From: a virus
Lineage: Duplodnaviria; Caudoviricetes
DNA: 64,000 nt
Direction: 5' to 3' (one strand)
Virus record (IMG/VR): IMGVR_UViG_3300010429_000303
Span: 36,852 to 100,851 of that record
Every line of letters begins with the position of its first letter. Position 1 is the first letter of the stretch. Below are positions 1-9,738 of the stretch, in pieces. The notes beneath the pieces were generated by a model that saw only the letters and a program-made list of their open reading frames with translations, did no database searches and was not told where the DNA came from. Made by a program: the position numbers and the translations under genes.

Positions 1-266
1 ACCTTTTCACCTTTGGACTTAGCCTTAATGGAGATAAAGAGGAGTTCGAAGTCAACTACTGGTAGATTCTTAATATCAAGTAGATCGAAGGTACACCCAT
101 TTAGGATTTCAATAACGGCTTCTTGGATTTGGTTTTCATCTTTCAGCATCAATGCTGTCAATAACTTCTTGTGTTCTACTGAAACCCAAGGACGATACTT
201 TACGGTTTTTTCTGATCCTGGAAGGAAGAGTTCATAGGTAGGAAAACGATGTTTTGGTAAGGGCAT
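1..266 (-). CDS. gp26: T4 gp26-like baseplate hub subunit (partial, runs off window start; not in ORF track)
   Basis: My translation from the ATG at 266 gives MPLPKHRFPTYELFLPGSEKTVKYRPWVSVEHKKLLTAL...LPVVDFELLFISIKAKSKGE. This matches the gp26 N-terminal pattern (MPLPK..PTYEL.LP....VKYRP; D.E.LF..I..KS.GE). Confidence 0.88.
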   Translation of the reverse strand, partial: MPLPKHRFPTYELFLPGSEKTVKYRPWVSVEHKKLLTALMLKDENQIQEAVIEILNGCTFDLLDIKNLPVVDFELLFISIKAKSKGEK

Positions 267-282
267 GAGTCACCTGAAAAGT

Positions 283-867
283 TTAAATGAGGATGGCAGT
301 TCTATTGTCTTCCTGGACAAAATAGGTCTCTTTCCTTTGAGTTATTTGGTTAACGATTACAATAATCACATTGTTGAATTCGTAAAATTTATCAGTGAAC
401 TTGGTAATGATATAATTTTTGTTCTGTCTTAAAGTACTCAAACGAGTTTCTAACACTGTGTTACTGATTATCTGTTTAGGTTTTCTGAAGTATCTATATA
501 CAACATTAAGATTTATTTCAGTTTGTCCAGGTACTTCAATCAAAGTAGAGATATCCTCTTGAGTATTGAAATACAGTGCAGATTTGTAGTTAACTTCAAG
601 GAGTTGCCGGTTATTTATGGTAAAGGTGTCAGTCACTAAGGCCTGTGCTGAAGAGGCTAAAGAAAATACAGTTCGTCCTAGAAGAACTGACAAGTTCTGA
701 AGTTCTGGTATGACGTCTATATACTCAACTCTTGACAAGGAGAAGTTAGGTCTATCTTTAAAATAATACTTAGAAGAGAATGTGTTGTTAAGCAACAACG
801 TATGAATAAGATAATCTGTCTGATTCTGAATTACTGGAACAAAACATTCTACCTGTTCACGAATCAT
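283..867 (-). CDS. Hypothetical protein in baseplate operon
   Basis: 194 aa ORF tightly packed between the gp54-like gene and gp26, with an AGGAGG-type RBS upstream. No family recognised. Confidence 0.7.
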   Translation of the reverse strand: MIREQVECFVPVIQNQTDYLIHTLLLNNTFSSKYYFKDRPNFSLSRVEYIDVIPELQNLSVLLGRTVFSLASSAQALVTDTFTINNRQLLEVNYKSALYFNTQEDISTLIEVPGQTEINLNVVYRYFRKPKQIISNTVLETRLSTLRQNKNYIITKFTDKFYEFNNVIIVIVNQITQRKETYFVQEDNRTAILI

Positions 868-879
868 ATCTGCCCCTCC

Positions 880-1491
880 TTAGGTGGCGATAGGGATAGG
901 GGAAGTTTCTTTGACTACAGAAGAACAGGTAAACGATGAGAATGAAAAGGTAGCATCTATAATAATAGGAGTATTGGTAGGCTGATAGTCATAGTTGAAT
1001 GAAGAAACTTGAATGGGAAAGCACTCAGAGAGACGAATCTCATATCTCGGATTGTGTTTTTGGTCTAGTTGAGTTAGAACCATCTCAGTGGAATAATCAC
1101 ACTGAAACATCACAGTTCTTTCTTTGTGGTGAAGAATAAACTCCAACCAAAGATCGAAAAGATACTTCTCATACATATCTGAATGACAGATAAAGCCTAG
1201 TTGAATAGGAGGTCTTACTTCTCCAGCAATAACTACCCTCGATTCATGAGCAGAACTTTGAACATCTGAAGCTTCCAACCTTCGTTCTGGACTTGAAATT
1301 CTTGCACAGTTGAAATTTATGACTCTCTGTCTTTCTTCAGTTAATTTTCGATCAACAACCTTGATATACTTGGATAGTTTATCAGGGAGTGCAAATGTCA
1401 CGGTATACTTATTGGGTCTAGCATAAGAATATTGTTTTATTCTACTTAGGATCTCAGTAGAGACTAATCTTTCTTTAGGTACTGTGTTCAT
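880..1491 (-). CDS. gp54: Tail-tube-fold protein, gp54-like baseplate tail tube initiator
   Basis: Motifs RPNKYTVTF, F..W.EFI, DY...MVLTQLD and L.ECFP..VS...YDY...IDATFSF are typical of the T4 gp19/gp54 fold. Context next to gp26 and gp4 agrees. Confidence 0.7.
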   Translation of the reverse strand: MNTVPKERLVSTEILSRIKQYSYARPNKYTVTFALPDKLSKYIKVVDRKLTEERQRVINFNCARISSPERRLEASDVQSSAHESRVVIAGEVRPPIQLGFICHSDMYEKYLFDLWLEFILHHKERTVMFQCDYSTEMVLTQLDQKHNPRYEIRLSECFPIQVSSFNYDYQPTNTPIIIDATFSFSSFTCSSVVKETSPIPIAT

Positions 1492-2015
1492 GATCTACCT
1501 GAAACTAAGGGTTTAATGAATCGAGCAACAGAGTTTCCATAAGGACTGGTTTTCTCGTAGAGGAGTTTCTGTTTGGGTATAGTCGTAGAGGGCACTGGAA
1601 CAGCCACTCCTAGTTTTCGTAGATCGTACTCATCAAATACTAAAAAGATCATACCATGTTCCTTAGCAAAGGTGTCAGCAAACTGCCACTTAGTCTGGTT
1701 CTGAATAAACCTAAGTTGCTGGGATTTAGACACTCTAGGTCCTTCTTTGATTACTCGTTGACTAAAAGGCTTTATCTCCAAGATAAACTTATCCCCAGTG
1801 GTAAATTCCACAAAGAAATCTGGAAAGTATCTATGCCACTTTCTATCAGTAGAAAGGAAGTAATGGATGATTACCTCTTCAGAGGCCCACTGTTTTATCC
1901 TAGGAGATTCTTCCAAAAACCTCATAAACTTCTTTTCCCAGGAAGATCTGTAGTATATCCTAGAAGGGTCTCCTAGATATTTACCTGGGTTTAATGGGCG
2001 ATAAAGATGTTCCAT
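1488..2015 (-). CDS. gp4: T4 gp4-like head completion nuclease (TnsA-like)
   Basis: YRPLNPGKYLGDP..IYYRSSWE..FM, WASEEV.I.Y, HRYFPDF and LEIKP motifs. Confidence 0.92.
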   Translation of the reverse strand: MEHLYRPLNPGKYLGDPSRIYYRSSWEKKFMRFLEESPRIKQWASEEVIIHYFLSTDRKWHRYFPDFFVEFTTGDKFILEIKPFSQRVIKEGPRVSKSQQLRFIQNQTKWQFADTFAKEHGMIFLVFDEYDLRKLGVAVPVPSTTIPKQKLLYEKTSPYGNSVARFIKPLVSGRS

Positions 2016-2025
2016 GGACTCCTTC

Positions 2026-2074
2026 TCATTTCAACTATTTAGTGGTAGTTCTCACAACTAAATAGTTGAAATGA
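2026..2074. promoter_or_regulatory. Back-to-back T4-type late promoters within a perfect 18-bp inverted repeat
   Basis: TCATTTCAACTATTTAGT (2026-2043) and ACTAAATAGTTGAAATGA (2057-2074) are exact reverse complements. Each carries ACTAAATAG (compare T4 late TATAAATA) pointing at the divergent gp4 and gp48 genes. Confidence 0.8.
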
Positions 2075-2093
2075 TCTAGCATGGAGATTCGGA

Positions 2094-3200
2094 GTGGAAG
2101 AAAAACCTAAACATAATCGTCAGGTTTACTATAAGGGAAGGAATGTAAAAGCTGAAGTTTCTAGGAATGCTGAGTCTAAGAATTCTTCCTCCTTAGACCC
2201 ATCTGAATTGATTGCTGATTCAAATTCACCTAAAGCCTATTATTTTCCAAATAACTTATCCTCTTATGCCGCGGGGAATATCTTACGTTTTAGTATCTAT
2301 AAGTATCAAGGGGGTGGATATAAGGCTGGCTTAGAACGTCCAGGGGGGGCTGATCTAATTGCCGATCTTCCTAAAAGTGATAAGATGGCAGATATCTATC
2401 TTCCAGAACCACCTAGTGGGGGAGTTAGCTATAAACCTAGTTGGCTAACAGAATCCGGCGCTATGGATTTAAGTAGACTCACTACCACTGCCATGTCACT
2501 GCTACATGAAACCAATAATAAGAGTCTTACTGATGAAATGCAAGCGGCATTTATTGGACAAGGGATGTCTGAAGTCCTTAGAACTATGGGAAAGGCTGCT
2601 AATGCAGGAGCAGGAAGTGATTTAGCAAAAATAGTCGAACAGGGAGTTCAAGCTGGGCTTGGTTATTATATGCAAGAATACAAGGAAGAAGCCTTTAGGG
2701 GAATCTCACCAAGAACGTTTGGTTATAACTTCAACCTCATTCCTACCTCACCTACCGATCTTATACTTATTTCTAATATAATTCAATTATTTAAATGGTC
2801 AGCAGTTCCTGGGCTAGTAGAAATCCCAACCAAGGGGGATGGAACTGGAACTTCTTATGCGACCATCAGTATGACCAATAAGTTATTCGCATCCCCAGAA
2901 ATTATTCAAATTCGCCATATGACCAAGGTTAAGGGAACCAGTGGGACTGCTACTGATGAGAATGATTCCTTGGAGATCAATCCCTGGATTAACAGACATC
3001 TTCCCTCTGTTTTAACTGGAGTGACTGTACGATATGGAAGTGATCGTGCTCAAAATCTACTAACCTATGTTCAAGAAAGATCACCTGATCCTAACTCTAT
3101 AGAGGAAGTCTCTTTAGGAGCTCCCTTAATGTATAATTTGGATTTAAGTTTTAAAGAGTTAACCGTTCTTACCAAAGCCGCAATCAACAATGGTTACTAG
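2094..3200 (+). CDS. gp48: gp48-like baseplate tail tube cap
   Basis: IYLP, F.GI.PRTF.YNF.LIP.S..D...I..II..FK, and C-terminal L.L.FKEL..LTK..I..GY motifs. Lies upstream of gp53. Confidence 0.85.
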   Translation: MEEKPKHNRQVYYKGRNVKAEVSRNAESKNSSSLDPSELIADSNSPKAYYFPNNLSSYAAGNILRFSIYKYQGGGYKAGLERPGGADLIADLPKSDKMADIYLPEPPSGGVSYKPSWLTESGAMDLSRLTTTAMSLLHETNNKSLTDEMQAAFIGQGMSEVLRTMGKAANAGAGSDLAKIVEQGVQAGLGYYMQEYKEEAFRGISPRTFGYNFNLIPTSPTDLILISNIIQLFKWSAVPGLVEIPTKGDGTGTSYATISMTNKLFASPEIIQIRHMTKVKGTSGTATDENDSLEINPWINRHLPSVLTGVTVRYGSDRAQNLLTYVQERSPDPNSIEEVSLGAPLMYNLDLSFKELTVLTKAAINNGY

Positions 3201-3202
3201 TC

Positions 3203-3739
3203 ATGTTCTACTTTGAAAACTTCCCTACCTCAAATTTTGGTACCTCTACTGAATATACCGATCTAAAGTTTAGAGTCTCAATCTTACCCAGAATCTTAGA
3301 GAGAGATGATTGGTTTGATGAGATAGAATTGGTAGTAGGCGATACCATCGAAACCTTAGCATATCGTCTTTATGGTTCCCCCTCCTACTCATGGGTGGTT
3401 TTACTCTCTTCCCCGAATCATCCTCTCTTTGCTAACTTTAAACAAGAACGAGAAGTCTTAGATTATTGTAAACAAAAGTATACTAATCAACTCTATGATA
3501 TCCACCACTATGAAGATGAGAATGGTAATACCTTAGATGATGTTGATAGATACTATAAAGAACAAGTATCGTATAATCTAAAGAATTCTAGAGTTATTCC
3601 AGTAACCAATTATGATTATGAGTCTAGGAAGAACTATGATAGAAGACTCATTAGAGTTCTGAAACCCACCTATCTATACCAGTTAATTCGTGAATTGGAA
3701 GAGTATGTAGACCAAGCTAAACAGGGATTTACTAGATGA
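3203..3739 (+). CDS. gp53: gp53 baseplate wedge subunit (LysM-like)
   Basis: MFYFENFP, GDT.E.LAY.LYGSP.YSWVVLL, IHHYE and VTNYDYE...N..RR.I.VLKP motifs. Confidence 0.92.
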   Translation: MFYFENFPTSNFGTSTEYTDLKFRVSILPRILERDDWFDEIELVVGDTIETLAYRLYGSPSYSWVVLLSSPNHPLFANFKQEREVLDYCKQKYTNQLYDIHHYEDENGNTLDDVDRYYKEQVSYNLKNSRVIPVTNYDYESRKNYDRRLIRVLKPTYLYQLIRELEEYVDQAKQGFTR

Positions 3740-5307
3740 GTGAAGCTACCCATCAAGACTTATCTTTAGTAGGGGGTTATACTCTAGATAATCTAGAAAT
3801 AAAAACTCATTCAGGAAACTCGATATTTCTTCCTGGACGGTTCGCTGAAATCAATATCTATGAGTCTATGCTTTCCCCGGTTATATTCGGCGATATCTTG
3901 GTTACTGAAATTTATAATTTTGTCTCATTTGGCCCTATTTTAGGAGGTGAAGAACTTCTCTTTGACTGTTCAAATATTCCTTCAAATGGACGGCCTACCA
4001 CCAAGAGAAATTCTGTTTTTGTCATCTATACCGTAGAAGAGAAAGTTTTTACTGATGATAAGAAGGCTTCTTACTTAATTAGGTTCTGTTCTAAAGAAGC
4101 TATCTATAATCAGCAGATTCGGATTTGTTCTACTATCTATAAAAAGACTCCTTCAAGTATTGCTACAGATGTGTACAACGCTTTCTGGGAAGAAGTTAAT
4201 CGCGAGTGGAATAGAATATTTTCAATGTTATCTCCACGTGAACAAATGAGTGCAACAAACAAATATTTTAAGTTTATCAGAACAGGTCATGTTGATAATG
4301 AAGAACCTATCTCAGTACACTTTCCTAATCTTCACCCTTTTGAATGTCTTTACACTCTAGCAGGAAGGGCATATCTTAAACCAGGAACAAAGTATGATCA
4401 TGGAAACCCATTTTTCTTCTTTGAACAATTCGATGGTGGATTTTCTTTTATGTCTTGGTCTGAGTTGTTGGAAACCTTTAACTATTCAAAAGATCTACCA
4501 GAATTTGGAATCCGAAAAGACCTGACTATGGAGTTAGCTAAAGAGGGTGATACTAAAAGAAACAAACATATCTTTATGTCCTTACCTTCTATATGGGGAA
4601 GTGAAGATAAGAATGAACCAGGCGATCCTTCCTGGTTCAGAAAGCATGAAAACTTCGTTACAGTAGAACGACATAAATTCCAGAAAGACTTTGATTTCTT
4701 TGAAAATGTTAAGAGAGGAATGTATGCGTCTACTTTAGTCAGTTATGATAATTGTTCTAAAAAGATAGTTCAGCATTCTTGGTCAAATAAACATCTCTAT
4801 GATAAAGTGAGAAGGGTATATTTGGATAAAGAGAGTGCCTTAAATGTTTTTAATGATAAAGATGAGCCTATTGATCCCGAAGGAACAAAACCAGGCAAAC
4901 GGAAGTCTGAGTATTTCTCCCAGATAAAATATGACGCCTATCTTAAAGCATCACCTACTCATGATAAGTTATTGGTAAGTGGGAATGACTTCTGTCCTGA
5001 ACTAACCAAGAATCAATATGCCATGAAACTCCAGGAACTTAACAATAATACTCTCTACGTCAACATCCCTGGGAACTTAAACTTTACCGTAGGAACCTTT
5101 ACTGATGTCTTTATGCACTCTCATGAAATGGTCGCAGAAGGAGGCATCAAACGTGATCCTCATTTTGCAGGTACCTATGTGAATATTAGAGTCAGGCATA
5201 CCTTTAAGAGTGATGGTATTTTCATCACTGCGCTGGAACTGGCTAAAGATTCATTCATTGATAAGACTCTTCAAACCTTCCCTAAACCTAACACAGAGGG
5301 GACTTAG
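3736..5307 (+). CDS. Baseplate hub protein (gp27/GpD-like)
   Basis: N-terminal INIYESM..P...G.I...E..N....PI.G.E.L, central FFFFE...GF.F.S, and C-terminal IPGN.N.TVG...G.Y....VRH.F. Lies between gp53 and gp5. Confidence 0.75.
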   Translation: MSEATHQDLSLVGGYTLDNLEIKTHSGNSIFLPGRFAEINIYESMLSPVIFGDILVTEIYNFVSFGPILGGEELLFDCSNIPSNGRPTTKRNSVFVIYTVEEKVFTDDKKASYLIRFCSKEAIYNQQIRICSTIYKKTPSSIATDVYNAFWEEVNREWNRIFSMLSPREQMSATNKYFKFIRTGHVDNEEPISVHFPNLHPFECLYTLAGRAYLKPGTKYDHGNPFFFFEQFDGGFSFMSWSELLETFNYSKDLPEFGIRKDLTMELAKEGDTKRNKHIFMSLPSIWGSEDKNEPGDPSWFRKHENFVTVERHKFQKDFDFFENVKRGMYASTLVSYDNCSKKIVQHSWSNKHLYDKVRRVYLDKESALNVFNDKDEPIDPEGTKPGKRKSEYFSQIKYDAYLKASPTHDKLLVSGNDFCPELTKNQYAMKLQELNNNTLYVNIPGNLNFTVGTFTDVFMHSHEMVAEGGIKRDPHFAGTYVNIRVRHTFKSDGIFITALELAKDSFIDKTLQTFPKPNTEGT

Positions 5308-7371
5308 ATGATAGGTCCTGATAATCAGATTTTAGATGTTCAACCTACCTTCTTCATGGGCGTCTGTGAAGCCAGAAATGATCCATTAAAACTAGGACGG
5401 GTAAAGGTTAGAATTTTTGGTCTGCATACTGATGATCTTGATATCCTTTCGGCAGACGATCTTCCTTGGGCTTCATGTCTTATTCCTACCACCGAGGCAG
5501 GACCTGCTGGACTAGGAACTACCAGATCGGGTATTCCCCCTGGAACCTGGGTATTTGGTCTATTCTTAGATGGGGAAGAAAAACAACAACCTCTTATCTT
5601 AGGTTCTATTCAAGGTCTTTCAAAGAAGATGGAGAAGTCCCCGGACAACTATCTGGAAGGGGAGAAAAGAAGAACTGAAAAACCACTAGAAAATGAAGAT
5701 TTAAAATTTAAAGAGGATATAGAGTTAGGGGTTGATATTTCTAGGGGGTTCACTGATCCCCATGAAGAGAAGCTTTCTGGTAATCCCAAGTATTCTTATG
5801 CAGTTAATGAAGAACCTGAATCTCATAAGTTAGCTAGATCTACAAATACCGAATATACCTTTGAAGAGAGAAAGAGACTAGATCGTACCTTTAACATTCA
5901 TAAAGCTATAGACAGAAGCGAAGAACCTCCTTCCGAAGTTGCCTGGGATGAAGAGGCATCTCCCAGGGCTACTGAATATCCCTATCTACATATTCATGAA
6001 TCAGAATCAGGGATTGTAGATGAGGTAGACGATACTCCTTACCACGAAAGAGTTCAGACATATCTTTCCCCTTCGTTAAGTTATGATGAAGTAGGACATC
6101 ACCACTATACCAAGACCTTAGGAAACCGAATAAATATTCAGCATTCCCCAAATCATAAAAGTTATATCTTGGGGAACTCAGATTCCTATATTGGCATAGA
6201 CGTTACTGATCTTATCGGGGGAAATGAGGTCCGAGAAGTCTATGGTACTTCTTCTAAGATAGTCTATGGTAACTTCAAACTTTCATGTCTTGGTAATGAG
6301 TCTGCCCAGTTATTTGGTTCCAACTTAGAAACTACCGTAGGAAATGACTACCACCTAAATGTTATCAATGAATTTAAGATTGAAGTAGGGTCAAATTCTA
6401 GAATTGTCTATAGGGGAACCTTAGATGAAATTCACTGGATGCGAGATAGAGTCTGGAATGAAGGTAATGTCCATAGACTCAGGAAGAGAGACCTCTACGA
6501 AAAGATCAATCAGAAAGCCCACTACATTATCAATGATGGTCGATACACCTTAATTTCCTTAGGCGATGAACATCTAACTATAGCTAAGGATTATAAGCTT
6601 CATGTCGGGGCAGATAGCAAAACTAAAGGTGAGCTTCATGAGATTGTCAAAGGTAAGAAGAAAGTTCATATCTTTGAAGATGTCAACTCTGTCTACGAAC
6701 AAAATGAGTTCAAGCAGGTTATAAAAGATATGGATCTATCTGTAGGGGGATCGGTATCAGATGTAGTCTTGGAAAACCGGCAGAGTAAGGTAGTTAAAGA
6801 TAAGATTCTTCAAGTCAAAGAGTGGTTCTATAAGAAAATTTCAAATGCTTTGAATCATGTTGGTGTGTGGTGGATGAATGTGCAAGAACTGAAACAAGTT
6901 ATTGTGAAAAATGACTCCTATATAAAAGCTAAACGAAGTCTAACCGAGAATAGAGCTGACCACACTAAAGCAGATCATTCATTAAAAGTAGACGGAAACT
7001 ATCATGTCAAAGTAGGGGGAAATCTAGTATTTGATGTAGGGGGAAGAGTTCTTATTAAAGCAGGGGCAGATTTTGTTGTTGGTGCACAGTCAGAGTCAAT
7101 TATTGGATGTGGAGGGAAACTCCATGTAGGGGGTACTGCATGTATTATTTACGACCCCCCTGCAGATGAATATCATGTTGATGTTCCACATGCGACTACG
7201 GTAAAGTCTGCTATTCAAATTCCACAAATCACTGCTAACATTATCGATCTTTCCTCCTTAGCCTCATTAACTCCCCCAGAATGTCCTGATTTTGAAATAA
7301 TTCAACCTGATTATCCGAAAGAAGCTGAGATGCCTACTAAACCTACACTGTCTGAGGAGGAATATGTATGA
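5308..7371 (+). CDS. gp5: gp5 central spike (OB-fold plus long beta-helix, no lysozyme domain seen)
   Basis: FMGV.E.RNDPLKLGRVKVRIFGLH...LPWA, GTWVFGLFLDGEEKQQPLILG and YPY.H..ESESG...E.DDTP..ER motifs. C-terminal ~8-residue V.G.....V.G repeats. Confidence 0.93.
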   Translation: MIGPDNQILDVQPTFFMGVCEARNDPLKLGRVKVRIFGLHTDDLDILSADDLPWASCLIPTTEAGPAGLGTTRSGIPPGTWVFGLFLDGEEKQQPLILGSIQGLSKKMEKSPDNYLEGEKRRTEKPLENEDLKFKEDIELGVDISRGFTDPHEEKLSGNPKYSYAVNEEPESHKLARSTNTEYTFEERKRLDRTFNIHKAIDRSEEPPSEVAWDEEASPRATEYPYLHIHESESGIVDEVDDTPYHERVQTYLSPSLSYDEVGHHHYTKTLGNRINIQHSPNHKSYILGNSDSYIGIDVTDLIGGNEVREVYGTSSKIVYGNFKLSCLGNESAQLFGSNLETTVGNDYHLNVINEFKIEVGSNSRIVYRGTLDEIHWMRDRVWNEGNVHRLRKRDLYEKINQKAHYIINDGRYTLISLGDEHLTIAKDYKLHVGADSKTKGELHEIVKGKKKVHIFEDVNSVYEQNEFKQVIKDMDLSVGGSVSDVVLENRQSKVVKDKILQVKEWFYKKISNALNHVGVWWMNVQELKQVIVKNDSYIKAKRSLTENRADHTKADHSLKVDGNYHVKVGGNLVFDVGGRVLIKAGADFVVGAQSESIIGCGGKLHVGGTACIIYDPPADEYHVDVPHATTVKSAIQIPQITANIIDLSSLASLTPPECPDFEIIQPDYPKEAEMPTKPTLSEEEYV

Positions 7372-8660
7372 GTGGATTGACTCCTTTTCCCTACTACAAC
7401 GATCTACATGATACCCGGTTTGCTGGGTTAGGTCTAACCGAAGATGACTTTAAACTAGACTCAGCCTTTAAAGTCAAGAAGATAAAACCTATAGATAAAC
7501 CCAGAAAGGGCAGTCCTCCCACCTATGATATTCCCCTACATAGGTTTAACTTTCTCAATAAAAAGCTTAGGGAGTTTCCAGTAAAAGAGGAAAATATCAA
7601 ACTGATAGATTTCAATGATGGGTTTGGTGAAGTATATGCCTACCGGTGGAAGAACGATCCCGGTCAGGGTATGGTTGGTTTTATGATGAAGTTTGATAAT
7701 GATAAAAATATAGATATTACCAGTGGATCACGGGTAGGAACAGGATGTCAGTTGTTCAGTAAAAACGGAACTATATCTATAACAAAATCAACTCTAAAAA
7801 ACTGTACAATTTTTGCAACAGGGGATGTCAAGATAGACAAGTGTGATCTGGAAAATTGTTATATCTTTGGAAAAGGTGATATTAGCAAAGTAAACTGTAA
7901 AGCAAGGATAAAACTTATCGGGTCGTTTTCAGTCAATGAATGTTCAATTTCTGAAAATGCACCGTTCCTGATTTATAACCCAGATGAACTTAACCAAAGT
8001 CCCACTACTCTCAATAAAACTTCGTTAAGCTCCCCATGTGAACTTATTGGTGGAGTATCATTAGATCTTTGTACAATAACCGGACCAGTCAGAATCCAAG
8101 GAAAATCTACGTTTAAACAAACCCAATTTTCTGGAAATGTCCAAGTAAACTCCATAGACGTTTCTTGTACCCAGTCACAATTATCTGATAACTGTGTTCT
8201 CTCTCAGAGTTGTACCTTAAACCAATCTACGGTTTCAGGAACTGCATTGATTGGAGGAAAGGCGACTGTTTCAAATGCAACCGTCTCTGGTACCGCAATC
8301 ATTGTAGGGTCTGCTACACTGTCAAACGGCTCTGCTTCCGGGGGAATTCTAACTCAATCTGGAACACTTTCTGGGGGATCTATAAGTGACCATGGACTGA
8401 TAACCGGCACGTCAACAGTTAGTGGTTCCGTCAGTGAGGATGGAATTGTCGGGGGAAGTGGTACTCAATGTTCGAGTGGAGTTATGGGATTAGTTGCCAA
8501 TGGTGTTAGCTGTTCTCATGGGGTAGCAGCAGGGCAATCTCATTGGGATAAACGGTCTTGTGAGGAGACTCAGAAGAACAAGCTAGAAGATGAACGTAGA
8601 GACAACACCTCTCCTGGACAATCTGATGCAGATCAATCTGCAGAACCTACAACGGTTTAA
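7368..8660 (+). CDS. Beta-helix/solenoid protein downstream of gp5
   Basis: ATGA overlap with gp5. C-terminal half is made of short S/T/G/V/C repeats (e.g. STVSGTALIGGKATVSNATVSGTAIIVG). Confidence 0.6.
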   Translation: MSGLTPFPYYNDLHDTRFAGLGLTEDDFKLDSAFKVKKIKPIDKPRKGSPPTYDIPLHRFNFLNKKLREFPVKEENIKLIDFNDGFGEVYAYRWKNDPGQGMVGFMMKFDNDKNIDITSGSRVGTGCQLFSKNGTISITKSTLKNCTIFATGDVKIDKCDLENCYIFGKGDISKVNCKARIKLIGSFSVNECSISENAPFLIYNPDELNQSPTTLNKTSLSSPCELIGGVSLDLCTITGPVRIQGKSTFKQTQFSGNVQVNSIDVSCTQSQLSDNCVLSQSCTLNQSTVSGTALIGGKATVSNATVSGTAIIVGSATLSNGSASGGILTQSGTLSGGSISDHGLITGTSTVSGSVSEDGIVGGSGTQCSSGVMGLVANGVSCSHGVAAGQSHWDKRSCEETQKNKLEDERRDNTSPGQSDADQSAEPTTV

Positions 8661-8668
8661 GGACTCCT

Positions 8669-8770
8669 ATGATCATTGATGAAATCAATGATCTATTCCC
8701 ATTTTAGAACTGTGATGAGTCCACAACAGACCAAGAAGCCCCCTATCCTAACCTAGGAGAAGCCCCGTGA
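8669..8770 (+). pseudogene. Possible gene remnant
   Basis: AAGGA RBS then ATG at 8669 gives MIIDEINDLFPF*, resembling the next gene's start MIIDRLNLSF. The same frame continues past the TAG and ends in a TGA overlapping the GTG at 8767. Confidence 0.3.
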
Positions 8771-9738
8771 TCATTGACCGGTTAAATCTTTCCTTTGATA
8801 TTTCTTTAACTCCAAATGAGGAAGTACTTTCTGGGTTTACCATGAGAGTTCTGCCTATGGTTATTCCATATGATGGAGTAATCAAGGCATTCTATAAGGT
8901 AGGGGATATTGAAGTAGAACTCACAGAAGATACCTGGGATCTGGTAACTGCTGATGGAGGGTATGACTTAGTTCTAAATGGATCTGCTTTTCCTAACTCA
9001 GGTCAGATCATCTTAAGAATATACAGAGAAAATGACTATGGTTTCTATGGTGATTCAACCTATGAAGATGAAGACTATATCCAAATTCTTGGAGGTGATG
9101 GATTGCCACCAGAGTTTACCGACATTTCGTGTTCTTATGAACTCGATGGAGAATATATCCCTATAGATAAAGATAAGGTAACCCATAGTTTTTGTACCTA
9201 CAATGAAGATCTGGGTCGGTATACCTTTAACTCCTTAGCCTTTCATCCTGGGATTGTTCCTGATCCTGAAGAGTATTATAATCTAAAGATTAATACCACC
9301 TGGGAATATCCTATAGAGTTTACCATTAACAACGATTCTACGGTGTCATACTCTCAGGAAGCTAGGGGAAACGTTTTTAACACAATTTGGGATCCTGTTG
9401 AACTAGGAGAGGTGATTGAAGCAGACTTTTCTTTGGAATATCTTTATGGGGAAGGAGATGTGGTCACTTCTAACTCGTTTGCCTATTACGATTTTGATAT
9501 TGGTGTTTTTACTGTATTGGCAGAAGGATCTTATACCTTAACCAACTACGATGAAACATTCCAGGTTACCTATGAATCGTTATTTTCACACCCTAATTCC
9601 TCTTCGGCAATCCCAACTCAAATAATCAGTCAACGAACTGGACCGGCATCCTCTGTGGTCGTTTCTGGTTATCCCTCATTCACTTTAATCTCAGACATGC
9701 AATGGGGTTATGGAGAGTACTATTATGGAGACACCTAA
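8767..9738 (+). CDS. Acidic, beta-rich hypothetical (probable virion) protein
   Basis: 323 aa, AGGAG RBS before GTG, D/E/Y/T-rich. No family recognised. Confidence 0.65.
   Translation: MIIDRLNLSFDISLTPNEEVLSGFTMRVLPMVIPYDGVIKAFYKVGDIEVELTEDTWDLVTADGGYDLVLNGSAFPNSGQIILRIYRENDYGFYGDSTYEDEDYIQILGGDGLPPEFTDISCSYELDGEYIPIDKDKVTHSFCTYNEDLGRYTFNSLAFHPGIVPDPEEYYNLKINTTWEYPIEFTINNDSTVSYSQEARGNVFNTIWDPVELGEVIEADFSLEYLYGEGDVVTSNSFAYYDFDIGVFTVLAEGSYTLTNYDETFQVTYESLFSHPNSSSAIPTQIISQRTGPASSVVVSGYPSFTLISDMQWGYGEYYYGDT

Noticed and set aside
13-237. 74-aa plus-strand ORF
   Set aside because: It is the antisense shadow of the real minus-strand gp26 gene.
1488-2015. TnsA-like nuclease as evidence of a Tn7 element
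   Set aside because: Motifs and context match T4 gp4 head completion protein, and no tnsB/C or transposon ends are present.
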